Shown here one piece after another: positions 27,901-39,700 of a stretch of DNA of 64,000 nt; the first letter of the stretch is position 1, and every line of letters starts with the position of its first letter. A program made the position numbers and the translations under genes. Under the pieces are notes generated by a model. The model was given only the letters and a program-made list of their open reading frames with translations, was not told the DNA's origin and did not search any database. The DNA comes from Eledone cirrhosa (Eukaryota). The stretch lies in assembly GCA_964016885.1 (NCBI GenBank), contig OZ024740.1, positions 21,514,001 through 21,578,000 on the forward strand, read 5' to 3'.

Positions 27901-30900
27901 GAACAGTAGAGGACAGTAGAGGTCAGTAGAGGACAGTAGAGGACAGTATATCACATTAGAGTACAGTAGAGGACAGTAGAGGGAAGTAGAGAACAGTAGA
28001 GGACAGTAGAGGGCAGTAGAGGACAGTAAAGGGAGATAGAGGACAGTAGAGGACAGTAGAGGACAATACAGGTAAGTAGAGGACAGTAGATGACAGTAGA
28101 GGACAGTAGAGGGAAGTAGAGGACAGTAGAGGACAGTAGAGATCGGTAGAGGACAGTAGAGGACAGTAGAGGACAGTAGAGGACAGTAGACGGAAATATA
28201 GGACAGTAGAGGGAAGTAGAGGACAGTGGAGAGAAGTAGAGGACAACAGAGGTCAGTAGAGGGAAGTGGAGGGCAGTAGAGGACAGTAGAGGTAAGTAGA
28301 GAGTAGTAGAGGACAGTAGAGGACAATAGAGGGAAGTAGAGGACAGTAGAGGGCTGTAGAGAACAGTAGAGGGAAGTAGAGGACAGTAGAGGGAAGTAGA
28401 GGACAGTAGAGGTAAGTAGAGGACAGTAGAGGACAGTATAGGGAAGTAGAAGACAGTAGAGGGAAGTAGAGGAGAGTGGAGGACAGTAGAGGGAAGTAGA
28501 GGACAGTAGAGGGAAGTAGAGGACAGTAGAGGTAAGTAGATGAGAGTAGAGGAAGTAGAGAACAGTAGAGGGAAGTAGAGGACAATAGAGGGAAGTAGAA
28601 GACAGTGGAGAGAAGTAGAGGACAGTAGAGGACAATAGAGGGAAGTAGAGAGAAGTAGAGGACAGTAGAGGACAGTAGAGGGAAGTAGAGAATAGTAGAG
28701 GACAGTAGAAAACAGTAGAGGGGAGTAGAGGAGAGTAGAGGAGAGTAGAGGCCAGTAGAGGACAGTAGAGGGACGTAGAGGAGAGTAGAGGGAAGTAGAG
28801 GAAAGTAGCATGAAGTAGAGGGCAGTAGAGGACAGTATAACGCATTAGAGAACACTAGAGGACAGTAGAGGACAATAGAGGACAGTAGAGGGAATTAGAG
28901 AACAGTAGAGGACAGTAGAGGTCAGTAGAGGACAGTAGAAGACAGTATAACACATTAGAGTACAGTAGAGGACAGTATAGGGAAGTAGAGAACAGTAGAG
29001 GACAGTAGAGGGCAGTAGAGGGCAGTAGAGGACAGTAGAGGGAGATAGAGGACAGTAGAGGACAGTAGAGGACAATACAGGTAAGTAGAGGACAGTAGAT
29101 GACAGTAGAGGACAGTAGAGGGAAGTAGAGGACAGTAGAGGACAGTAGAGATCGGTAGAGGACAGTAGAGGACAGTAGACGGAAATATAGGACAGTAGAG
29201 GGAAGTAGAGGACAGTGGAGAGAAGTAGAGGACAACAGAGGTCAGTAGAGGGAAGTGGAGGGCAGTAGAGGACAGTAGAGGTGAGTAGAGAGTAGTAGAG
29301 GACAATAGAGGACAATAGAGGGAAGTAGAGGACAGTAGAGGACTGTAGAGAACAGTAGAGGGAAGTAGAGGACAGTAGAGGCATGTAGACGACAGTAGAG
29401 GGTAGTAGAGGGAAGTAGAGGACAGTAGAAGTATGTAGAGGACAGTATAGGGTAGTAGATGACAGTAGAAGACAGTAGAGGGCAGTAGAGGACAGTAAAG
29501 GGAAGTAAAGGGAAGTAGAGAAAAGTAGAGGAAAGTAGAGGACAGTAGAACACATTAGAGGACACTAGAGGACAGTAGAGGACAGTAGAGGACAGGAGAG
29601 GGAAGTAGAGGACAGTAGAGGGCACTAGAGGACAGTAGAGGACAGTAGAGGGCAGTAGAGGACAGTAGAGGACAGTAGAGGACAGTATAGGGAAGTAGAG
29701 GACAGTAGAGGCCAGTAGAGGGAAGTACAGGACAGTAGAGGGAAGTAGAGGAGAGTAGAGATAAGTAGAGGAGAGGAGAGGACAGTAGTGGGAATTAGAG
29801 GAGAGTAGAGGTAAGTAGAGGAGAGGAGACGACAGTAGAGGACAGTAGAGGAGAGTAGAGGGCAGTAGAGGGCAGTAGAGGACATTAGAGGGAAGTAGAG
29901 GACACTAGAGGGAAGTAGAGGACAGTAGAGGTAAGTAGAGGACAGTAGAGGACAGTAGAGGACAGTAGAGGGCAGTAGAGGAAACTAGAGGACAGTAGAG
30001 GACAGTAGAGGACAGTAGAGGTAAGTAGAGGACAGTAGACGACATTAGAAGGAAGTAAATGGAAGTAGAGGACAGTAGAGGAGAGTAGAGGACAGTAGAG
30101 GGAAGTAGAGGACAGTAGAGGGAAGTAGATGAGAGTAGAGGACAGTAGAGGGAAGTATAGGACAGTGGAGAGAAGTAGAGGACAATAGAGGGAAGTAGAG
30201 GAGAGTAGAGCACAGTAGAGGACAGTATAGCACAGTAGAGGGCAGTAGAGGGCAGTAGAGGACAGTACAGGATGTAGAGGACAGTAGAGGGCAGTAGAGG
30301 ACAGTAGAGGACAGTAAAGGAAAGTAGAGGACAGTAGAGGACAGTAGAGGACAGTAGAGGACAGTAGAGGACAGTCGAGGACAGTAGAGGAAAGTAGAGG
30401 GAAGTAGAGGAGAGTAGACGGAAGTAGAGGACAGTAGAGGACAGTAGAGGAAAGTAGAGGGAAGTAGAGGACAGTAGAGAACAGTATAACACATTAGAGG
30501 ACACTAGAGAACAGTAGAGGACAGTAGAGGACAGTAGAGGACAGTAGAGGACAGTAGAGGACAGTAGAGGGCAGTAGAGGACGGTAGAGGACAGTAGAGG
30601 GCAGTAGAGGGCAGTAGAGGAAGGTAGAGGACAGTAGAGGACAGTAGAGGGCAGTAGAGAACTGTAGAGGACAGTATAGGACTGTAGAGGACAGTAGAGG
30701 ACAGTAGAGGACAGTAGAGGGAAGTAGAGGACAGTAGAGGACAGTAGAGGACAGTAGAGGACAGTAAAGGGAAGTATAGGACAGTAGAGGGAAGTATAGG
30801 AGAATAGAGGACAGTAGAGGGAAGTAGAGGACAGTAGAGGGAAGTACAGGATAGTAGAGGTAAGTAGAGGACAGAAGAGTGAAGTAGAGGTCAGTGGAGA

Positions 30901-31640
30901 GAAGTAGAGGATAGTAGAGGACAATAGAGGTCAGTAAAGGGAAGTGGAGGGCAGTAGAGGACAGTAGAGTGAAGTAGAGTGTAGTAGAGGGAAGTAGAGG
31001 ACAGTAGAGATAAGTAGAGGACAGTAGAGGGAAGTAGAGGACAGTAGAGGACGGTAGAGGTCAGTAGAGGGCAGTAGAGGACAGTAGAGGACAGTAGAGG
31101 ACAGTAGAGGACAGTAGAGGGAATTAGAGGGAAGTAGAGGACAGTATAGGAATGTAAAGGCCAGTAGAGGACAGTAGAGGGAAGTGGAGGGCAGTAGAGG
31201 ACAGTAGATGACAGTAGATGGCAGTAGAGGACAGTAGAGGGAAATAGAGGACAGTGGAAAGAAGTAGATGACAGTAGAGGACAATAGAGGTCAGTAGAGG
31301 GAAGTGGAAGGCAGTAGAGGACAGTAGAGGGAAGTAGAGAGTAGTAGAGGACAGTAGAGATAAGTAGAGGAGAGTATACGACAGTAGAGGGCAGTACAGG
31401 GAAGTAAAGGACAATAGAGGACAGTAGAGGGCAGTAGAGGAAACTAGAGGACAGTAGAGGACAGTAGAGGAGAGTAGAGGGGAGTAGAGGAAGTATAGGA
31501 CAGTAGAGGATAGTAGAGGACAGTAGAGGGAAGTAGAGGACAGTAGAAGACAGTAGAGGACAGTAGAGAGAAGTAGAGGACAGTGGAGAGAAGTAGAGGA
31601 CAATAGGGGACAATAGAGGTCAGTAGAGGGAAGTGGGGGG
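19971..31640 (+). repeat. ~5,820-5,850-bp higher-order repeat, 2 tandem copies (repeated at ~49080-60750)
   Basis: Identical ORFs at offset 5820 (20143/25963, 22036/27856, 23805/29625), changing to 5850 (25041/30891) after whole-monomer indels near 30140-30390. Confidence 0.92.
21570..23560 (+). repeat. 999-bp internal tandem duplication within the 5.8 kb unit (also at ~27390, ~50680, ~56500)
   Basis: The rare marker GTAGCATGAAG...TATAACGCATTAG occurs in pairs 999 bp apart (ORF ends 21992/22991, 27812/28811, 51101/52100, 56921/57920) but singly at 1912 and 10588. Confidence 0.88.
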
Positions 31641-32020
31641 CAGTAGAGGACAGTAGAGGTAAGTAGAGAGTAGTAGAGGACAGTAGAGGACAGTAGAGGG
31701 AAGTAGAGGACAGTAGAGGACAGTAGAGGACTGTAGAGAACAGTAGAGGGAAGTAGAGGACAGTAGAGGGAAGTAGAGGGACATAGAGAAAAGTAGAGGA
31801 CAGTAGAACACATTACAGGAGACTAGAGGACAGTAGAGGACAGTAGAGGACGGTAGAAGATAGTAGAGGGAAGTAGAGAACAGTAGAGGGCAGTAGAGGA
31901 CAGTAGAGGACAGTAGAGTGCAGTAGATGACAGTAGAGGACAGTAGAGGACAGTAGAGGGAAGTATAGGACAGTAGAGGACAGTAGAGGGAAGTACAGGA
32001 CAGTAGAGGAGAGTAGAGGA

Positions 32021-33710
32021 CAGTAGTGGGAATTAGAGGAGAGTAGAGGTAAGTAGAGGAGAGGACAGTAGAGGACAGTAGAGGAGAGTATAGGTATGTA
32101 GAGGAGAGTAGAGGACAGTAGAGGGAAGTAGATGAGAATAGAGGTAAGTAGAGGAGAGTAGAGGGCAGTAGAGGGCAGTAGAGTACATTAGAGGGAAGTA
32201 GAGGACAGTAGAGGTAAGTAGAGGACAGTAGAGGAGAGTAGAGGGAAGTAGAGGACAGTAGAGGACAGTAGACGGCAGGAGAGGACAGTAGAGGACAGTA
32301 GAGGACAGTAGAGGTAAGTAGAGGACAGTAGATGACATTAGAAGGAAGTAGAGGGAAGTAGAGGACAGTAGAGGACAGTAGAGGACAGTAGAGGGAAGTA
32401 GAGGACAGTAGAGGGAAGTAGATGAGAGTAGAGGTAAGTAGAGGAGAGTAGAGGACAGTAGAAGACAATAGAGGACAGTAGAGGGAAGTAGAGGACAGTA
32501 GAGGGAAGTAGAGGACAGTGGAGAGAAGTAGAGGACAGTAGAGAACGGTAGAGGACAGTAGAGGACTGTAGAGGTAAGTAGAGGACAGTAGAGGACAGTA
32601 GAGGGAAGTAGAGGAGAGTAGAAGCCAGTAAAGGACAGTAGAGGATAGTAAAGGGAAGTAGAGGATAGTAGAGGGAAGTAGAGGACAATAGAGGACATTA
32701 GAGGGAAGTAGAGGACAGTAGAGGGAAGTACAGGATAGTAGAGGTAGGTAGAGGACAGTAGAGTGAAGTAGAGGACAGTGGAGAGAAGTAGAGGATAGTA
32801 GAGGACAATAGAGGTCAGTAAAGGGAAGTGGAGGGCAGTAGAGGACAGTAGAGTGAAGTAGAGTGTAGTAGAGAGAAGTAGAGGACAGTAGAGGTAAGTA
32901 GAGGACAGTAGAGGGAAGTAGAGACAGTAGAGGACAGTATAGGGCAGTAGAGTTCAGTAGAGGACAGTAGAGGTAAGTAGAGGGCAGTAGAGGACAGTAG
33001 AGGTCAGTAGAGGACAGTAGAGGACAGTAGAGGGAATTATAGGGAAGTAGAGGACAGTATAGGAAAGTAAAGGACAGTAGAGGACAGTAGAGGGAAATGG
33101 AGGGCATTAGATGGCAGTAAAGGACAGTAGAGGACAGTAGAGGAGAGTAAAGGGAAGTAGTGAAAGGTAGAGGAAAGTAGAGGACAGTAGAACACATTAG
33201 AGGACACTAGAGGACAGTAGAGGACAGCAGAGGACAGTAGAGGACAGTAGAGGACAGTAGAGTGAAGTAGACGACAGTAGAGGATAGTAGATGACAGTAG
33301 AGGGCAGTAGAGGACAGTAGAGGGAAATAGAGGACTGTGGAAAGAAGTAGATGACAGTAGAGGACAATAGAGGTCAGTAGAGGGAAGTGGAAGTCAGTAG
33401 AGGACAGTAGAGGGAAGTAGAGAGTAGTAGAGGACAGTAGAGGGAAGTAGAGGTAAGTAGAGGACAGTAGATGACAGTAGAGGGAAGTAGAAGACAGTAG
33501 AGGGAAGTAGAGGAGAGTGGAGGACAGTAGAGGGAAGTAGAGGACAGTAGAGGGAAGTAGAGGACAGTAGAGGGAAGTAGAGGACAGTAGAGGTAAGTAG
33601 AGGACAGTAGAGGACAGTATAGGGAAGTAGAAGACAGTAGAGGGAAGTAGAGGAGAGTGGAGGACAGTAGAGGGAAGTAGAGGACAGTAGAGGGAAGTAG
33701 AGGACAGTAG
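32021..33710 (+). repeat. Dispersed copy of block 1-~1630 (third copy at ~61130-62820)
   Basis: ORF 13..678 matches 32033..32698 (offset 32020) and 61142..61807. Marker GAAGCCAGTAAAGG is at 601, 32621 and 61730. The offset becomes 32080 after a 60-bp indel near 980. Confidence 0.85.
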
Positions 33711-36700
33711 AGGATAGTAGACGGCAGTAGAGGACAGTAGAGGACAGTAGAGGACAGTAGAGGTATGTAGAGGACAGTAGAGGACATTAGAAGGAAGTAG
33801 AGGGAAGTAGAGGACAGTAGAGCTCAGTAGAGGACAGTAGAGGACAGTAGAAGGAAGTAGAGGATAGTAGAGGGAAGTAGATGAGAGTAGAGGTAAGTAG
33901 AGGAGAGTAGAGGACAGTAGAAGACAGTAGAGGACAGTAGAGGGAAGTAGAGGGAAGTAGAGGACAGTAGAGGGAAGTAGAGGACAGTAGAGGGAAGGAG
34001 AGGACAGTAGCGAGAAGTAGAGGACAGTAGAGGACAATCGAGGTCAGTAGAGGGAAGTGGAGGGAAGTAGAGGGCAGTAGACGTCAGTAGAGGGAAGTAT
34101 AGAGTAGTAGAGGACAGTAGAGGACAGTAAAAGACAGTAAAGGACAGTAGATGACCGTAGAGGACAGTAGAGGGAAGTAGAGGAATGTAGAGGACAGTAG
34201 AGGACAGTAGAGGGAAGTAGAGGACAGTAGAGGACAGTAGACGACAGTAGAGGACAGTAGAGGACAGTAGAGGACAGTAGAGGACAGTAGAGGTAAGTAG
34301 ATGACAGTAGAGGACATTAGAGGACAGTAGAGGGAAGTAGAGGACAGTAGAGGGAAATAGATGAGAGTAGAGGTAAGTAGAGGAGAGTAGAGGACAGTAG
34401 AAGACAGTAGAGGACAGTAGAGGGAAGTAGAGGGAAGTAGAGGACAGTAGAGGGAAGTAGAGGACAGTAGAGGACAGTAGAGGGAAGTAGTGGGAAGTAG
34501 AGGACAGTAGAGGACAATAGATGGAAGTAGAGGAGAGTAGATGACAGTAGAGGGAAGTAGAGGACGGTAGAGGGAAGTACAGGACAGTAGATGGAAGTAG
34601 AGGACAATAAAAGACAGTAGAGGGAAGTAGAGGACAGTAGAGGACAGTAGAGGGAAGTAGAGGACTGTAGAGGACAGTAGAGGGAAGTACAGGACAGTAG
34701 AGGGAAGTAGAGGAGAGTAGAGATAAGTAGAGGAGAGTAGAGGACAGTAGAGGACAGTAGAGGAGAGTAGAGGTATGTAGAGGAGAGTAGAGGGCAGTAG
34801 AGGACATTAGAGGGAAGTAGAGGACAGTAGAGGGAAGTAGAGGAGATTAGAGGACAGTAGAGGACAGTAGAGGACAGTAGAGATAAGTAGAGGAGAGTAG
34901 ACGACAGTAGAGTGCAGTACAGGGAGGTAGAGGACAGTAGAGTACAGTAGAGCACAGTAGAGGGCAGTAGAGGAAACTAGAGGACAGTAGAGGACAGTAG
35001 AGGAGAGTAGAGGGAAGTAGAGGACAGTAGAGGGAAGTAGATGAGAGTAGAGGTAAGTAGAGGAGAGTAGAGTACAGTAGAAGACAGTAGAGGCCAGTAG
35101 AGGGAAGTAGAGGGAAGTAGAGGACAGTAGAGGGAAGTAGAGGACAGTAGAGGGAAGGAGAGGGAAGGAGAGGACAGTAGAGGGAAGTAGAGGACAATAG
35201 AGGACAATAGAGGTCAGTAGAGGGAAGTGGAGGGAAGTAGAGGGCAGTAGACGTCAGTAGAGGGACGTATAGAGTAGTAGAGGACAGTAGAGGACAGTAA
35301 AGGACAGTAAAGGACAGTAGATGACTGTAGAGTACAGTAGGGGGAAGTAGAGGAATGTAGAGGACAGTAGAGGACAGTAGAGGGAATTAGAGGACAGTAG
35401 AGGACAGTAGAGGACAGTAGAGGTCAGTAGAGGATAGTAGAAGTAAGTAGAGGTCAGTAGAGGACAGTAGAAGACAGTAGAGGACAGTAGAGGGAAGTAG
35501 AGGACAGTAGAAGACAGTAGAGGACAGTAGAGGAAGGTAGAGGACAATAGAGGGAAGTAGAGGAGAGTAGAGGACAGTAGAGGGAAGTAGAGGACGGTAG
35601 AGGGAAGTGGAGGACAGTAACAGACAGTAGAGGGAAGTAGAGGACAGTAGAGGGAAGTAGAAGAGAGTAGAGGTAAGTAGAGGACAGTAGAGGTAAGTAA
35701 AGGTAAGTAGAGGAGAGTAGAGGACAGTAGAGGGAAGTAGAGGGAAGTAGAGGACAGTAGAGGACAATAGAGGACAGTAGAGGACAGTAGAGGACAGTAG
35801 AGGAAAGTAGAGGTAAGTAGAGGACAGTAGAGTGAAGTAGGGGACAGTAGAGGGAATTAGAGGACAGTGGAGAGAAGGAGAGGACAGTAGTGGGAAGTAG
35901 AGGACAGTAGAGGACAATAGAGGTCAGTAGAGGGAAGTGGAGGGAAGTAGAGGGCATTAGACGTCAGTAGAGGGAAGTATAGAGTAGTAGAGGACAGTAG
36001 AGGACAGTAAAGGACAGTAAAGGACAGTAGATGACTGTAGAGGACAGTAGAGGGAAGTAGAGGACAGTAGAGGACAGTAGACGGAAGTAGAGGACAGTAG
36101 AGGTAATTAGAGGACATTAGAGGGAGGTAGAGGACAGTAGAGGACAGTAGAGGACAGTAGAGGGAAGTAGTGGGAAGTAGAGGACAGTAGAGGACAATAG
36201 ATGGAAGTAGAGGAGAGTAGATGACAGTAGAGGGAAGTAGAGGACGGTAGAGGGAAGTAGAGGACAGTAGAGGGAAGTAGAGGACAGTAAAAGACACTAG
36301 AGGGAAGTAGCGGACAGTAGAGGACAGTAGAGGGAAGTAGAGGACAGTAGAGGACAGTAGAGGGAAGTACAGGACAGTAGAGGGAAGTAGAGGAGAGTAG
36401 AGGTATGTAGAGGAGAGTAGAGGGCACTAGAGGGCAGTAGAGGACATTAGAGGGAAGTAGAGGACAGTAGAGGGAAGTAGAGGAGAATAGAGGTAAGTAG
36501 AGGAGAGTAGAGGACAGTAGAGGCAAGTAGAGGACAGTAGAGGACAGTAGAGATAAGTAGAGGAGAGTAGACGACAGTAGAGTGCAGTACAGGGAGGTAG
36601 AGGAGAGTAGAGTATAGTAGAGGACAGTAGAGGCCAGTAGAGGAAACTAGAGGACAGTAGAGGACAGTAGAGGAGAGTAGAGGGAAGTAGAGGACAGTAG

Positions 36701-39700
36701 AGGATAGTAGACGGCAGTAGAGGACAGTAGAGGACAGTAGAGGACAGTAGAGGTATGTAGAGGACAGTAGAGGACATTAGAAGGAAGTAGAGGGAAGTAG
36801 AGGACAGTAGAGCTCAGTAGAGGACAGTAGAGGACAGTAGAAGGAAGTAGAGGATAGTAGAGGGAAGTAGATGAGAGTAGAGGTAAGTAGAGGAGAGTAG
36901 AGGACAGTAGAAGACAGTAGAGGACAGTAGAGGGAAGTAGAGGGAAGTAGAGGACAGTAGAGGGAAGTAGAGGACAGTAGAGGGAAGGAGAGGACAGTAG
37001 CGAGAAGTAGAGGACAGTAGAGGACAATCGAGGTCAGTAGAGGGAAGTGGAGGGAAGTAGAGGGCAGTAGACGTCAGTAGAGGGAAGTATAGAGTAGTAG
37101 AGGACAGTAGAGGACAGTAAAAGACAGTAAAGGACAGTAGATGACCGTAGAGGACAGTAGAGGGAAGTAGAGGAATGTAGAGGACAGTAGAGGACAGTAG
37201 AGGGAAGTAGAGGACAGTAGAGGACAGTAGACGACAGTAGAGGACAGTAGAGGACAGTAGAGGACAGTAGAGGACAGTAGAGGTAAGTAGATGACAGTAG
37301 AGGACATTAGAGGACAGTAGAGGGAAGTAGAGGACAGTAGAGGGAAGTAGATGAGAGTAGAGGTAAGTAGAGGAGAGTAGAGGACAGTAGAAGACAGTAG
37401 AGGACAGTAGAGGGAAGTAGAGGGAAGTAGAGGACAGTAGAGGGAAGTAGAGGACAGTAGAGGGAAGGAGAGGACAGTAGCGGGAAGTAGAGGACAGTAG
37501 AGGACAATCGAGGTCAGTAGAGGGAAGTGGAGGGAAGTAGAGGGCAGTAGACGTCAGTAGAGGGAAGTATAGAGTAGTAGAGGACAGTAGAGGACAGTAA
37601 AAGACAGTAAAGGACAGTAGATGACTGTAGAGGACAGTAGAGGGAAGTAGAGGAATGTAGAGGACAGTAGAGGACAGTAGAGGGAAGTAGAGGACAGTAG
37701 AGGACAGTAGACGGCAGTAGAGGACAGTAGAGGACAGTAGAGGACAGTAGAGGACAGTAGAGGACAGTAGAGGTAAGTAGAGGACAGTAGAAGACATTAG
37801 AGGACAGTAGAGGGAAGTAGAGGACAGTAGAGGGAAGTAGATGAGAGTAGAGGATAGTAGACGACAGTAGAGGACAGTAGAGGGAAGTAGAGGGAAGTAG
37901 AGGACAGTAGAGGGAAGTAGATGACAGTGGAGAGAAGAGGAGTACAGTAGAAGGAATTAGAGGACAGTAGAGGGAAGGAGAGGACAGTAGTGGGAAGTAG
38001 AGGACAGTAGAGGACAATAGAGGTCAGTAGAGGGAAGTGGAGGGAAGTAGAGGGCAGTAGACGTCAGTAGAGGGAAGTATAGAGTAGTAGAGGACAGTAG
38101 AGGACAGTAAAGCACAGTAAAGGACAGTAGATGACTGTAGAGGACAGTAGAGGGAAGTAGAGGACAGTAGAGGACAGTAGAGGGAAGTAGAGGCCAGTAG
38201 AGGACAGTAGAGGACAGTAGAGGTCAGTAGAGGACAGTAGAGGTAAGTAGAGGACATTAGAGGGAGGTAGAGGACAGTAGAGGACAGTAGAGGGAAGTAG
38301 TGGGAAGTAGAGGACAGTAGAGGACAATAGATGGAAGTAGAGGAGAGTAGATGACAGTAGAGGGAAGTAGAGGACGGTAGAGGGAACTAGAGGACAGTAG
38401 AGGGAAGTAGAGGACAATAAAAGACAGTAGAGGGAAGTAGAGGACAGTAGAGGACAGTAGAGGGAAGTAGAGGACAGTAGAGGACAGTAGAGGGAAGTAC
38501 AGGACAGTAGAGGGAAGTAGAGGAGAGTAGAGATAAGTAGAGGAGAGTAGAGGACAGTAGTGGGAATTAGAGGAGAGTAGAGGTAAGTACAGGAGAGGAG
38601 AGGACAGTAGAGGACAGTAGAGGAGAGTAGAGGTATGTAGAGGAGAGTAGAGGGCAGTTGAGGACATTAGAGGGAAGTAGAGGACAGTAGAGGGAAGTAG
38701 AGGAGAATAGAGGACAGTAGAGGACAGTAGAGGACAGTAGAGATAAGTAGAGGAGAGTAGACGACAGTAGAGTGCAGTACAGGGAGGTAGAGGACAGTAG
38801 AGTACAGTAGAGCACAGTAGAGGGCAGTAGAGGAAACTAGAGGACAGTAGAGGACAGTAGAGGAGAGTAGGGGGAAGTAGAGGACAGTAGAGGACAGTAG
38901 ACGGCAGTAGAGGGAAGTAGAGGACAGTAGAGGGAGGTAGATGAGAGTAGAGGTAAGTAGAGGAGAGTAGAGTACAGTAGAAGACAGTAGAGGCCAGTAG
39001 AGGGAAGTAGAGGGAAGTAGAGGACAGTAGAGGGAAGTAGAGGACAGTAGAGGGAAGTAGAGGACAGTAGAGGGAAGGAGAGGGAAGTAGAGGACAGTAG
39101 AGGGAAGGAGAGGACAGTAGAGGGAAGTAGAGGACAGTAGAGGACAATAGAGGTCAGTAGAGGGAAGTGGAGGGAAGTAGAGGGCAGTAGACGTCAGTAG
39201 AGGGACGTATAGAGTAGTAGAGGACAGTAGAGGACAGTAAAGGACAGTAAAGGACAGTAGATGACTGTAGAGTACAGTAGGGGGAAGTAGAGGAATGTAG
39301 AGGACAGTAGAGGACAGTAGAGGGTAGTAGAGGACAGTAGAGGACAGTAGAGGACAGTAGAGGTCAGTAGAGGACAGTAGAGGTAAGTAGAGGTCAGTAG
39401 AGGACAGTAGAAGACAGTAGAGGACAGTAGAGGGAAGTAGAGGACAGTAGACGACAGTAGAGGACAGTAGAGGAAGGTAGAGGACAATAGAGGGAAGTAG
39501 AGGGAAGTAGAAGACAGTAGAGGACAGTAGAGGGAAGTAGAGGGAAGTAGAGGACAGTAGAGGGAAGTAGAGGACAGTAGAGGGAAGTAGAGGACAGTAG
39601 AGGGAAGGAGAGGACAGTAGAGGGAAGTAGAGGACAGTAGAGGACAATAGAGGTCAGAAGAGGGAAGTGGAGGGAAGTAGAGCGCAGTAGACGTCAGTAG

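Noticed and set aside
31620-33197. Longest ORF (525 aa; copy at 60729..62306)
   Set aside because: It is the same repeat peptide. Its length reflects the chance phase of rare stop-creating variants, with no domain or unique sequence.
34041-34110. Canonical four-tract G-quadruplex from consecutive GGG monomers
   Set aside because: I saw at most three consecutive GGG tracts with 7-nt loops, and the fourth is 17 nt away. Only the G10-13 runs are reasonable G4 candidates.
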